DNA of 64,000 nucleotides from a virus: IMG/VR virus record IMGVR_UViG_3300028653_000010; one strand, 5' to 3'. Shown piece by piece: positions 1 to 10,197 of this stretch (position 1 is its first letter; each line of letters starts with the position of its first letter). The notes under the pieces were generated by a model. It saw only the letters and a program-made list of their open reading frames with translations, ran no database searches and was not told where the DNA came from. The position numbers and the translations under genes were made by a program.

Positions 1-715
1 TTTGCAGCTTCATTGGCTTTCCATACTTTTGATCGAACCATCTCAGGTAATTGCAAGTTCCGAATGCCGTAGAGTCCACGGCGAAGTTACTCTCGACCGC
101 CTTTAGAGGGAGGGCTGACTCCTCTATTAGCATCTTGAACAGAGGGGTGAGTTCAGGCTTTTGAAGGTAGTTGAAGACTGAGTTGTAACACGGAGCGTGG
201 TCAATGAATCCCTTCTCTTGACAGTCTCTGATGTCAGAGCTTGCCCTTCGACCAGACATCGTGGTGTATACTTTCAAGACAGAGCCATAAACAACATCGG
301 ACAAAAGTAACCGGCGCCGACCCTTCTCTTGGGGTGGCTGAGTGATCCCATCACAGAGGCCTTGAAGAAGAGTAAGGACATGTTCCTTCTCCATGGTCTG
401 GGCCTTGTTATATGCAGGCCAATCTTGAGAGTAAGTTACATGCATTGAGTCGTGGGTGGTCACAGTTCCGTCGGGCTCAGTTGTCTGAAGACGGACGAAC
501 GTCACCGCATGGATATGTTTGCAGAGCCCATGTGTCGCTTCATGATCTGGGCAAGTACAAGTCTTCTCACCGAAGTCGACCAAGTAGTGGCCGGCGTGAC
601 TCTGACTTGGAACGATCCACAGGTTGTCCTTGGCCTGAGTCAATCGAGTGCTGGCAGCAATCTGACGACCACGTTCCTGTCTTGCCAAGAGTCCAGCAGT
701 TACGTTCTCATCCAT
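1..715 (-). mobile_element. SWIM zinc-finger plus DDE transposase-like protein (5' part; runs off the window edge)
   Basis: Not in the ORF track. Manual translation from ATG 715 gives MDENVTAGLLARQERG...CTCPDHEATHGLCKHIHAV (SWIM CxC...CxH), then YSQDWPAYNKAQ, YNSVFNYL and FAVDSTAFG (first catalytic Asp motif of IS4/IS5-like DDE transposases). The frame stays open to position 1. Confidence 0.75.
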
Positions 716-721
716 ATCTAG

Positions 722-750
722 TATTACGTTTGAGGTTGGCAGATCTCAAC
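722..750 (-). promoter_or_regulatory. Class A promoter-like motif GTTGAGA-N15-CGTAATA, 6 nt before the transposase ATG
   Basis: The minus strand reads GTTGAGAtctgccaacctcaaaCGTAATActagatATG. The same motif recurs 14 times in the window. Confidence 0.75.
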
Positions 751-1051
751 CTACTAGAGGCACCTACTTGGAAAAAGTACCTGGTAACTACCGGAAAGGT
801 AGTTACCAGGCCGAACGATCAGGCATGAGACTTCGAGTGAGTCCACCACCTCAGCCATCGAAGACGAAGTGGGGACACGAAGTCAGCCCGAAGAGCCCCA
901 TTTTCCATGGCGCCTCCCAATTGGGCTAGGGACAAGAAAAAGTCCTTGCTTGCCCGGCGAAATGGAGGGAAGGTCTGATCACCTCAAACCTTTGCCGGTT
1001 AGGGTGTTGGACAAGCGGGCTGGCCCTGCGAAAGACTGACCGTTAGTCCGG

Positions 1052-1084
1052 CGAAAGAAAGCCTCCCTCCGAGGCTTTCTTTCG
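1052..1084. terminator. Hairpin, probable intrinsic terminator
   Basis: CGAAAGAAAGCCTC-cctcc-GAGGCTTTCTTTCG is a perfect 14-bp stem just downstream of the minus-strand gene ending at 1125. Confidence 0.7.
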
Positions 1085-1124
1085 TTTAAGACCGTTGCAT
1101 TACGAGTAAGTTAGCTTGTCATGG

Positions 1125-1598
1125 TCAGGGCTCCGGTGGATCGAATCGTTCGAGTAATGGCCCAGCGGTAAAGCGTCCATCTGGATGCCTCACAATGACC
1201 TGTTCAGGTGGAAGGCCTACTTTCCTGGATGACTTACTGATGGCGCCAACCATTCCTCCAACAGAATTACCACCCTCACCGAGTTGATGAGCGAGATCCT
1301 GAACCGTTAGGCCCTTGATCCCAGAACCTTTGATCAAAGCCAGCACACTCCTTTGGTTGGAGCGACTCGGATCTCGGAGTAGATCGTAATAGGACTTCCA
1401 CGTGGCATCCCAGCGTCCAGAGGGCGGAGCTTCGAGAGGAGCAACCGTTGGCTCCGAGGGACTGGCCTCTTTTTGAACAACCACCAAAGGTACTTCGGGA
1501 TGTTCCTTGGTTTCGCTCAAGATCATCTTCTGCAGCTCACGAGCTGCTGCGAGAGAATCTACAACGATCGAACCGTTAGGTAAAACGACGTATCCCAT
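1125..1598 (-). CDS. Putative winged-helix DNA-binding protein
   Basis: The C-terminal QRSVLALIK...LTVQDLAHQLGE.GNSVGGMVGAI pattern resembles a wHTH. Confidence 0.45.
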   Translation of the reverse strand: MGYVVLPNGSIVVDSLAAARELQKMILSETKEHPEVPLVVVQKEASPSEPTVAPLEAPPSGRWDATWKSYYDLLRDPSRSNQRSVLALIKGSGIKGLTVQDLAHQLGEGGNSVGGMVGAISKSSRKVGLPPEQVIVRHPDGRFTAGPLLERFDPPEP

Positions 1599-1729
1599 GA
1601 TAGGTAGGTCAAGGTTCCCCTACCAAAGGCTGGCTGTCAAGCGAGTACCTTTCTGTAGGTGGGCTACCGAGTGGGCTACTCACCGGCCAAGGAGTACAAT
1701 TCCGAGCTTTTGGGCAACTACTCTAGCTA

Positions 1730-2173
1730 TTGGGCAAGGTACCTATCTTAGGCAAAGCCGTCGCGCATGCTGAACTCGAACGTTGGGGTGAGGACAGCGC
1801 ATATAAGTCAAAGTGTCCTGTGTGTGAGGACGGACTCTTACTCGTCTCTCGGATTGAATCGGATGAACTCAAGCTATCGAGATACGATAACTGTGTGTCC
1901 TGTGGTCAACCCTTCTTATACACAGACGACACAATCAACGGGGAGGGGTTCAGCAAGCTATGTCCTTCCCCCATGTTCGAGCTAGTGGGTCCGCCTTGCG
2001 AGGTCCCCGGATGCAAGGGCGTCTTGGTCAATACCATTCACCTTAAGACTTGGATGTTCTCCAAGAAGTGTGCCACCTGTAAGGCTGAGTTCTACGTGAT
2101 GCCAGTGAAAGAGGCTATGAGGTGGGCTGTTCGAACCATCAAGCGTGTTTTCAATGGTGAAAGGACGAACTAG
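1730..2173 (+). CDS. Zinc-ribbon protein
   Basis: Four Cys pairs: CPVC, CVSC, CEVPGC, CATC. Confidence 0.5.
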   Translation: MGKVPILGKAVAHAELERWGEDSAYKSKCPVCEDGLLLVSRIESDELKLSRYDNCVSCGQPFLYTDDTINGEGFSKLCPSPMFELVGPPCEVPGCKGVLVNTIHLKTWMFSKKCATCKAEFYVMPVKEAMRWAVRTIKRVFNGERTN

Positions 2174-2483
2174 CGATGGCTAGCCGTAGGTCTCGTGACA
2201 AGAAGTTCTTGGGCTTCGTGCTCAAGGCCAGCCAAAATTTGCGTCATGTTTGGATGAATGAGGATGTACCAGGGGATCCCTTCATCTGCATCACTCACCG
2301 GGTTGATACCTGGGAGATTAAGGTGGCTGTGAGCAAGTTAAGATTAGAAGGAAAAGGCTCTACAGAGAGTAAGGCCCGTATCGACTTTGCAAACAACTTT
2401 AGCTTGCTTCGTGAGGTTGTTGGCATGGTTGATAGTTGGGCAAGTAGGGGTTGATGGCCTTCTCTGTAGCTACTGGGGTTGAT

Positions 2484-2496
2484 GTAGTCTACTTAT
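2484..2496 (+). promoter_or_regulatory. Class C (putative late) motif GTAGTCTACTTAT
   Basis: It lies 15 nt before ATG 2512. A related motif sits 14-15 nt upstream of the starts at 5654, 6915, 33732, 49088 and 51304. Confidence 0.5.
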
Positions 2497-2511
2497 CGTG
2501 TCGCCTAAGAC

Positions 2512-3759
2512 ATGGTCCTTGATGTCATCGCTCTGAAGGTTGCTGCCCGGTACTTGCGGGCAAAGTCCTTGGGTGATCCCAATGACCTATTGCACAAGTT
2601 CATTGCGGGGGTCGCGCTATTGGAGATCCCTGAGCAGAGTATTGCCAAGGCCCGGAAGGTCATCAACGAGTACATCGAAGCCGAGAAGGTTGGTCCTCAC
2701 ACGTGGGAGCGCCAGTGGCCTGGGTACATTGAAGCTGAGGACCTAGCCTACAAGGCTTGGTTCAAGGCAACAAAGGGCTTTGAGGGTCTTGCCAATGGGG
2801 TTCTTGACCCGTTGTTCCTCTCTATCCTGCAGGAGAAGGTCCTACCCGAATCTCTGAGGAAGAAAGTCGAGAAAGCGGCGATTACTTACGCCAAAGTCGG
2901 CCTTCCAAGGGTGAAGCAACGTGGGGTCGAAAGAGACCTTGAAAAGTTTGACATCTACGAGAAGCGGATGGCCCAACTCAAGGGTCACCTTGCGGTTGCA
3001 ATACTGGCGGTAGGGACTGGTAAGGCTCACTCAGAGGGGGGTGAGGGGGCAACTCGAATAAAGGTGGGTGACTTCACCTTGGTCAATACTGGGGGCTTCC
3101 CTGGTAAGGTCATGGATACAATTGCTGACCTGGTCCAGAAGGCTCAAGCACATTTGAAGTCAAAGGGTTTCGGCAAGGTCTGTTACGGAGACATTCAAGT
3201 CACCAACAAGCTGATGCGTAACGCTTATGCTTTCTACCATGTAGATTCTGATGAGATGTTCGTTCGAGCTGACGCAAAAGCCTCCCCGGATATCCTGAAG
3301 ACCACACTCCATGAGTTAGGGCATCGCTATCAGTACCAGTTCATGAAGGGTCGGGAGTGGGACATTAGACAACTGTATCACGTGATTGAAAATCAAGAGG
3401 ATGGTAAGGGGTTATCCGAAACTAAGGCCTTACTCCCCGCTATCGGTGATACTGCGGTCGACAAGGGCAAGACATTCCGTGTCACCCAGACACTACCCAA
3501 TGGGCGAGGTTCATGGGTAGTACACGTGGTCACTGAATCCAAGCCAGGTACAAACTACAAGATCGACCTTGAAGGTTGGTTGGCAATGAAAGGCGAGAAT
3601 ACTCGTGACTTTACTCAACCTGACTTCAAAGGATTTGTGACGAACTACGCCAAGAAGGGCGGGCCTAGTGAGAACTTTGCTGAGATGTTCGCATTCTATT
3701 GCCTCGACAAGCTCCCCAGGGCATTGGTCGAACCATTTGAGATATTGGTGAGTAAATGA
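2512..3759 (+). CDS. Zincin-like metallopeptidase-domain protein with N-terminal VAARY motif; possibly virion-associated
   Basis: TLHELGH (HExxH), downstream VTNYAKK..SENFAEMF third-ligand motif, and N-terminal IALKVAARY. Confidence 0.65.
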   Translation: MVLDVIALKVAARYLRAKSLGDPNDLLHKFIAGVALLEIPEQSIAKARKVINEYIEAEKVGPHTWERQWPGYIEAEDLAYKAWFKATKGFEGLANGVLDPLFLSILQEKVLPESLRKKVEKAAITYAKVGLPRVKQRGVERDLEKFDIYEKRMAQLKGHLAVAILAVGTGKAHSEGGEGATRIKVGDFTLVNTGGFPGKVMDTIADLVQKAQAHLKSKGFGKVCYGDIQVTNKLMRNAYAFYHVDSDEMFVRADAKASPDILKTTLHELGHRYQYQFMKGREWDIRQLYHVIENQEDGKGLSETKALLPAIGDTAVDKGKTFRVTQTLPNGRGSWVVHVVTESKPGTNYKIDLEGWLAMKGENTRDFTQPDFKGFVTNYAKKGGPSENFAEMFAFYCLDKLPRALVEPFEILVSK

Positions 3760-5114
3760 CAGACCCGATTGCCCTTCGAGTAGCAGCCCGATACAAGGTA
3801 GCTGAGGTATCACTCTGGGATGCAGCCATCAAAGAGGTTGAGGCGTTCAACAAGCGCTATGCTCAGACTAAGAAGCTCAAATTGCCCCTCGATGGTAAAG
3901 GGATGAAGGTCTTGATGGGCTTCATGCCTAACAAGAAGAAGCCCTTCGTCAACTGGGTCAAGGTATGTTGCCCTGAGAGCCTCGATAGGCTTGCTGATAC
4001 CTACATCACAGACTTCATGGTTGGTGAGGTGGTCAATGATAAAACCACCATTGAAGCATTTCTGCAGGATCTAGACAAGTATCGAGCCTGTATTCAAGAC
4101 ATTCTGAACAACGTTGCTCCGGTAGCATTCAACTACGGTGGGTTCCCTATCATCAACGAGCACAGGATGTCGGACCACTTCTGTCGAAAGACGCTCGAAG
4201 GGGTCGACTATCTGACTGCATTATTCAAGAAGCGTGGGTGTGAGAAACTCCTCAATGAGGGGGTGAACTCGATTCGAGTAGTACCGAGGAATGAGGACCT
4301 CAACTCAACACCTAATGCAGCTGGTACCTACAATGATGGTACCAGACAGATTTCACTCTCTGGGAGTATCGCTCGTGGGAGTGGTGGACGGTTCATCGCG
4401 TGGGTGAATGAGGTCTTCCTCCACGAGTTCGGACACTACGTGCACCTCACCTATCTGGCTCCTGAGGCTCGTGAGGAGTGGGACAACGGATGGTTGGGGC
4501 AAGCAGAGGGAGGAGGAGCTCTCACAGTCACCCAGGCGGACCGGCACCGACTATTCGAGATCCTGAAGTCGAACAGTTTCAACCTGCAGGCGGCCTACGG
4601 TGACCTCGAACCTGATGACAAGGCCAGGTACTTGACATGGTTGGGTCAATGTAGTCTTGGCGCTGCTGTCATAGAGCCGAGTGGGAAGTCAGTGAAACCA
4701 ACCCGCTTGGGTAAAGAAGTCCTTTTCATGGTCAAGCATCCGGATCGCTTTCCTGACTATGGGCCGGCTGGCATGAAACCCTCTGATGTAGAGTTCGAGC
4801 AGAAGAAGATAGACGCCTCCATGAGGCGGATGGGTCTGGATAATCCTGTCGTGCTTAAGGTCCCCAAGGACAAGGCCGAGATGCAGAACCTGGAAATCGT
4901 TTCGGACTATGGGAAGACCAATGCCAAAGAGGACTTTGCTGAGACGTTCGTCGTCTTCATGGGCGCTCCCGAGAAGCTGACCCAGACATCGAAGTTCAGG
5001 ATGCAACGAGCCCTATCCCTATCCGGTCTCTATGGGAAGCCCGTGATGAGGCTTGCAGAGGACCCTATGGTAGGTCTAGTTGCTCACCGGTACCTGCAAG
5101 CCTCGAATCACTAA
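3756..5114 (+). CDS. Zincin-like metallopeptidase-domain protein with VAARY-like motifs at both ends
   Basis: FLHEFGH and VSDYGKTNAKEDFAETF. The N-terminus has DPIALRVAARY and the C-terminus has DPMVGLVAHRY. Confidence 0.65.
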   Translation: MTDPIALRVAARYKVAEVSLWDAAIKEVEAFNKRYAQTKKLKLPLDGKGMKVLMGFMPNKKKPFVNWVKVCCPESLDRLADTYITDFMVGEVVNDKTTIEAFLQDLDKYRACIQDILNNVAPVAFNYGGFPIINEHRMSDHFCRKTLEGVDYLTALFKKRGCEKLLNEGVNSIRVVPRNEDLNSTPNAAGTYNDGTRQISLSGSIARGSGGRFIAWVNEVFLHEFGHYVHLTYLAPEAREEWDNGWLGQAEGGGALTVTQADRHRLFEILKSNSFNLQAAYGDLEPDDKARYLTWLGQCSLGAAVIEPSGKSVKPTRLGKEVLFMVKHPDRFPDYGPAGMKPSDVEFEQKKIDASMRRMGLDNPVVLKVPKDKAEMQNLEIVSDYGKTNAKEDFAETFVVFMGAPEKLTQTSKFRMQRALSLSGLYGKPVMRLAEDPMVGLVAHRYLQASNH

Positions 5115-5154
5115 TAGAGGGTACTGAATCCAGTATAGAAGTCGATTGCTTCCC

Positions 5155-5654
5155 CTAGCACATCAGTCTGGGTGGGTTTTTTGATGTACAACCGGCGCAT
5201 AGAAAAGTCTCCGGTTGAAGCGCCCCCATAGCAGCTGGCAAGTTACCTTGCCAACTAGCCTGAGTACTACTTATGGCAGTCAGGACTTGACCTACAAGTG
5301 GAGCTGCAGCAGACGATACTGAAACCACAGTTGAAGCGGTCCTGATCCCAGAAGCTGTTCGGTCCTCAGCCTCAATCTCGGCTCGAAGCTCATCGAGAGC
5401 TCCCCCAGTAAGAACTGCCACTACGGCAGTTCCAGCTGCATGATGAGCTGCCGTAGTACCCTCTATTCCCCTCGAGACTGTCCACGTGGTCCCAGCGACC
5501 CCAGTCACCAACATGAGCTCGTTACCAACTCCAATCCTGAACTCAGGTTGAGTTGGGAAGTGAGTCGTACTCTGAACCGTGAGGGTCAGAGTACGACTTC
5601 AATGGATGCGGCTAGGTTGGTCGAACCGCGGGTAACGAAGTGCTCCGTTGTCAT
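5155..5654 (-). pseudogene. Frameshifted, short paralogue of the tail-fibre N-terminal domain at 33732
   Basis: MTTEHFVTRGSTNLAASIE, then a 1-nt frameshift near 5595, then TLTLTVQSTTHFPTQPEFRIGVGNELMLVTGVAGTTWTVSRGIEGTTAAHHAAGTAVVAVLTGGALDELRAEIE. This closely matches 33732-34020. Confidence 0.7.
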
Positions 5655-5700
5655 GCTGAAGAGGCCTCATAAGAGCTTCCTCAGCATGACCTGTGCATAC

Positions 5701-6378
5701 TCACAACGGGAAGTCAAGGGCTTGATCAAGAGCCCCATTGGTAAGAGTCTCCTCAGGACCACCTGTCGGTTCCGGGATCTCATCTACCGTGTCACAGGTT
5801 TGAGCCCAGGTGATTGAACCATTGAAGGCAAGGTAGTTTAGAACAACTTGACTACCGAGCACCAAGAAGTTTGGTTGGAACAATCCCGGGTCCACTCCTG
5901 GCTCAACCGCCCAAGACTCTTGGTCCACACCATTGACTTGAAGAAGGGCTGTCGAGCTCAAGTGGATTGGCTCACTCAGGTTGTAGCTGAGTCGGACCTT
6001 GATCTGAGTACCCTGGGCATTAGCTGATCCACTCGGAAGGCTTACTCCTAGGATGGTGCCCGCTCCGTCAACTGAGAGGTAGGCTAGGGGGCGATTGGTG
6101 TCATCCAAGGCGATGCCAACGAACTTCGTCGGTTGTGGCCATTGGTCAACTAGGAAGGCTACCGAGCGATTCGACCCAGGTGCCCCAGGAATGAGGAGTA
6201 CCTCTATGGTGCCCTTGTCGCTCAAGGCTAGTTGCTTAATCTCGTAGGCTCCGGGACCCCCATTGACTAACAACCCAGGACTCTTCAAGGGCTGGACTAG
6301 GTTACAGTGGAACGGAGATGAGGAGTAGTCAACTACGCCTATCAGGCCCGTTGGGTAGTAAATCTTGAGTTCAGTCAT
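5701..6378 (-). CDS. Beta-rich, LamG/concanavalin-like putative structural protein
   Basis: Beta-strand-rich sequence with GTIEV, LQVNG and FNGSI motifs, next to the tail-fibre-like paralogue. Confidence 0.4.
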   Translation of the reverse strand: MTELKIYYPTGLIGVVDYSSSPFHCNLVQPLKSPGLLVNGGPGAYEIKQLALSDKGTIEVLLIPGAPGSNRSVAFLVDQWPQPTKFVGIALDDTNRPLAYLSVDGAGTILGVSLPSGSANAQGTQIKVRLSYNLSEPIHLSSTALLQVNGVDQESWAVEPGVDPGLFQPNFLVLGSQVVLNYLAFNGSITWAQTCDTVDEIPEPTGGPEETLTNGALDQALDFPL

Positions 6379-6468
6379 GATGCTTCCTGGTCTCAGTGTA
6401 GGCTCTTGGAATAAAGCTTTAGCTGGCAGTCACAGAGTATACGAGGTTCGTAGGAAGACTCTTGGAAC

Positions 6469-6915
6469 CTATGGCTTTGCGCTCCAGAAGCGAAGTAGGT
6501 TCTTCGCCTCATCAATACTACTGGGGAGTCTTATGGCCAAACGACGTACGTTGGCTATGATTCCATCATTACCAGCGAATCCATTGAGTAAGAAAGTGTC
6601 CAAGCCTGTCAATGGATGCACGCTCGTAGTATCAACACTGCCGAGAGGCACAATCCAAAAGTCTGGAGTCAAGTATCAGCCCTTCATGAAGTTGGCGGGA
6701 CTGTCTTTCCTTACCTTGTGCTTGATCTCATCCCTGACCTTGCGCACTTCCGCCGGTGGTGGGTGGTCATTGATTGGCGTCGCGGGGGCTCCACAGTTCC
6801 TGCATACGCCACCCTTCACGTGGAGAGGCGCATGACAGTAGAAGCACTTTGGACGGCCCATCCCAGCCTGAAGGGCTCTTGCGGTTACTCGCCGGATGAT
6901 GGGAATGTCTGTCAC
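6469..6915 (-). pseudogene. Zn-ribbon protein with N-terminal RRVTAR motif, split by an in-frame TGA at 6676-6678
   Basis: ORFs 6676..6915 and 6469..6672 are in the same frame and read ...ANFMKG*YLTPDFW... Confidence 0.5.
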
Positions 6916-6939
6916 TATTTGACCCCGAGTATAAGAGAG

Positions 6940-7212
6940 TTACCAGCGGACGTCCTCAGGAAGCCGCTCGTAGGCTAGCTGGCAGTCTTGCTCATACTTC
7001 ATGGCTGTTTCTATCTTCCCTTCAAGTCGGAGGCTTACCGCGCACAACTTGTTGATGGCGTAACAAGCCAATATTTCCACGATGTTACGAGCGTCGGATC
7101 GATCTCCGACTAGAGTGGCTGCTTTCTTTCTGGTTGTAACATGCCACCTTGACCAAAAGGATCGTAGTTCGTCTTGGGTCATAGCGTCAAAGTTTGGAAT
7201 CTCTTGGGGCAT
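6940..7212 (-). CDS. Hypothetical protein (start revised to ATG 7212)
   Basis: A class A motif at 7219-7247 lies 6 nt upstream of ATG 7212 (MPQEIPNFD). Confidence 0.55.
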   Translation of the reverse strand: MPQEIPNFDAMTQDELRSFWSRWHVTTRKKAATLVGDRSDARNIVEILACYAINKLCAVSLRLEGKIETAMKYEQDCQLAYERLPEDVRW

Positions 7213-7687
7213 GTCTTCTATTACGCGCCAAGAGTTCAAATCTCAACCAGTTGTTGCGCGGGGCGGAACCCTCGTGTAAAGTACCATGTATGTTCGCAGC
7301 TATTGGGAATGACGGGACTAGGGACGTAGTATTGGGGGTAGGCCACACCGAGGATGGGGCCAAGAAGGATGCCGCATTCTTGATCAAATCGATGCGTTCC
7401 CTTCTCCCCAGTGACCCGCTGACAATCCTCCGGTACGCCGTGATCACTCCTCTTCAAGCTGATCGTGTCAAGCAAGGGATTACTGACTGCAAGATGCTTG
7501 GTATCTAACCCACTACGGTGTACTCTTTGCCCTAAAAGGACTCCCTAACCTGGGACATTAGCGAGTGATCATAATCCTCGCTTTTGGTCGAAAGAACAAA
7601 ACCAATAAAATCAAGAACGTATCCTGATTCAATGAGAGCATAACTCACCCAACTTACAAAATCAACCACTTAATAGGTATTGCCGCT

Positions 7688-8026
7688 ATGGATGAAGCAG
7701 TCATGGGTGCCCACCTGAGTATATTTGTAGACTCCGAGTCAGATCTTGGGACTATTGCGCACTTGAACCATGAAGGGGACTCTACCTATTCATGGGACCG
7801 GAAGAACAAGGCCGAGTGTGACGCGGCCAAGGAGCACTTTGACTCGTTGAGGGCAAAAGGATTCCTCGCCTTCAAAGTCAATCGACTTGGTGGAAAACAG
7901 AAGAAACCTATAACTGGTGAGTTTGATCCAAAGGCTGGCAAGTACATCTACACGGCTCCAGAAATGGTTACTGAATTCGAGCCAGGGGCCAACTATGTTG
8001 TCACCCCAGCAATGCAAGGCGGTTGA
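7688..8026 (+). CDS. Small phage protein with C-terminal Gly-Gly
   Basis: Contains GDSTYSWD...FDSLRAKGFLAFKV...EFDP and ends ...VVTPAMQGG-stop. Confidence 0.55.
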   Translation: MDEAVMGAHLSIFVDSESDLGTIAHLNHEGDSTYSWDRKNKAECDAAKEHFDSLRAKGFLAFKVNRLGGKQKKPITGEFDPKAGKYIYTAPEMVTEFEPGANYVVTPAMQGG

Positions 8027-8549
8027 CTCCATGTTACGATTCCGAACCATGAACAATCGAGTGTCCGACCACATCCAGAAGGGTGGTCGCGTATTCCTCC
8101 CTCAATGGCGCATGCGTCAGATCCGATGGGAAGAGGCGAGGCTCAACTCGATAGTCAAGCGCGAGGGCCTGAAGGGTGAGCTTCACCACATGAATTGCAC
8201 CTGTGGATCAGTTGCCTGTCTAGGGACCCCGTACATCCCTCAGGGTGATGATGTTCGACCCGAGGGATGTACTGAGACTCCAGTGGTCAAGACTGCTCCT
8301 AAGGTAGATCCCGAGCGAGAGTGTCCTCACTTCGCATCGAGGTGATCCATTCATCTCTACATCCACTGCTTAGAACCAGGAGAGCTTCCTCTCTTTGAGT
8401 TTGGGGTAGAGCGCTCGTATCAGTGGCGTGGGACCGCCGGTGAGGAGCATGGGGGCCATTGGGATATTCGAGGGAGTATCCAGAGGGAACATAAGACCAT
8501 CCTCAGCCTGGAGGTAGATGAGCCTCTCACTCTGTTCGTCGACGAGCTG

Positions 8550-9362
8550 ATGAATCGCCTTCGACAGTTGGAGCTCATTGAGACAGGGTATCATATTGGG
8601 GAGCAGGGCCTTCCGATCATCGACCTTCATCGAACGGGGCATGGACCATTTGATATCGAGGGGACACTGCTAGTAGTTATCAGCTCGGCCTACACTATTG
8701 AGGGTAACGTCCAGTGGGACGATTACAACGGTGAGCGAGTCCAAGACCGTCATCAAGGGGTACTCATCATCGGGGGCCTGGCCTTCATCGAGGGGGTCCA
8801 AGTGGGGACTAACCTCGAAGGGCGAGATCCTACCCCAGCAATCGAGCAGACCTGTCTTATGCTGGCCGGTAAAGACTTCGATCGGGATACCCCAGATCTC
8901 GAAGCTTGGCGTATTCGCGCTGAGGAGCAACGGCGGGCACGTATCGAAAGAAACAGGATAGCTGAAGATAAACGAAAAAAGGCTGCAGCCAAAGCTCTGG
9001 CTATCTTGACTGAGTACCTCAGTGAGGAGCAACGGGTTGAGTTCGAGACCACCGGAGACTTCACGGTCATTGGCGCGGATGGTTACCAGTACCTCATCAC
9101 AAGTAGTGGACACCACAATGTGTTCCGAATAGAGGACGGCAAGAAGATGTTCATGTACTGCATTGTGTGCAGGGGCTTCATCCCGAAACATGACCAGATG
9201 CTGGCTCAGATGTTTCTACTGCAGGCCAACCCAACTATGTTTCACGAGACTACGAACACGTGGGGCATGGGCGAGGATGGTACCTGGAAGATGGTGAAGC
9301 GCGGACAGGGGCATGTTATCGAGAACATATTTGAGCAAGCTCTGCAGGACATAGATCTGTGA
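8550..9362 (+). CDS. Hypothetical phage protein, possible partner of the GG-ending protein
   Basis: C-terminal domain LSEEQRVEFETTGDFTV.G...NV...IP..DQMLAQMFLL. Confidence 0.5.
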   Translation: MNRLRQLELIETGYHIGEQGLPIIDLHRTGHGPFDIEGTLLVVISSAYTIEGNVQWDDYNGERVQDRHQGVLIIGGLAFIEGVQVGTNLEGRDPTPAIEQTCLMLAGKDFDRDTPDLEAWRIRAEEQRRARIERNRIAEDKRKKAAAKALAILTEYLSEEQRVEFETTGDFTVIGADGYQYLITSSGHHNVFRIEDGKKMFMYCIVCRGFIPKHDQMLAQMFLLQANPTMFHETTNTWGMGEDGTWKMVKRGQGHVIENIFEQALQDIDL

Positions 9363-9392
9363 CCAGGGTTAGTCTCAACTAGAATCTGCCTT

Positions 9393-9445
9393 TAATACAG
9401 AAGAAGGTGCCGCGGTTCTTAGCCACGGCACCTTCTTCTGTATTA
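9393..9445. terminator. Long hairpin, bidirectional terminator
   Basis: TAATACAGAAGAAGGTGCCG and CGGCACCTTCTTCTGTATTA form 20-bp perfect arms between convergent genes. Confidence 0.8.
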
Positions 9446-9915
9446 CCCCTAGGGGTTAGCCTAGTGGGTTGAGGTAGATCTCGACGTCAGCAATGTGTCT
9501 GATGTGTGCTCGACTCTCCGTGAGTTGGTAGTTTTGCTTGATGAGTTGTAATAAATGCTTGAACATTGGACCTTCTTTGGTTAGAGCTTCAGAGTGAGAA
9601 TGTCTCTTTCTACGCTTGAGTTGTTACCCCCGCTAATAGCAATCAGGGTGTAGAGCCCAGCCAGTGACTGTGGGGGCATCTTCCCGATGGTGTCAGTGTA
9701 CAACAGCTCCAACTGCTGTAGCTTCCACCTCAGAATGTCGTTATCCATCTCCCTCTTAGCCGAGAGGCGAGCATTGAGTAAGCGGTAGAGCAAGTCGGTA
9801 TGTAGTGTACGAGTCTTTAGAACGCTTGACAAACTCAGCTCGTTGCATGATGGTACTACTTGACTAGTTTGCATAAATATACCCTCTTTCAACCCTTATT
9901 CCCTGGATTGATCCA

Positions 9916-9945
9916 TATTACGCGCGAGCCCGTCCAGATCTCAAC
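9916..9945 (-). promoter_or_regulatory. Class A promoter-like motif
   Basis: GTTGAGAtctggacgggctcgcgCGTAATA on the minus strand, upstream of ORF 9581..9892. Confidence 0.7.
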
Positions 9946-9969
9946 CAGAATTTTAGATTGGGTGTCGAT

Positions 9970-10197
9970 ATGCCTAGACCCGCTAGTACCGAACCACGGG
10001 TCCGTCTGACTATCGAAGTTCTCGAGAGGGTACGAATACGGTTGGACCGTATGAGGGACCTCACCGAAGCCGATAGTGTTACCTAGGTTATCCGACGATC
10101 GACTTCAGTGTACGAGTCTCTTCTGCTTCTGGTAGCCAATGGCGGGAAACTGGTTCTGAAGCTCCCGGATGGTACTGAACAAGACCTGATCTTGTGA
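9970..10197 (+). pseudogene. Ribbon-helix-helix protein interrupted by an in-frame TAG at 10084-10086
   Basis: MPRPASTEPRVRLTIEVLERVRIRLDRMRDLTEADSVT*VIRRSTSVYESLLLLVANGGKLVLKLPDGTEQDLIL; the RHH pattern continues across the stop. Confidence 0.6.

Noticed and set aside
412-828. Plus-strand ORFs 412..828 and 452..721
   Set aside because: They are shadows of the minus-strand transposase-like gene.
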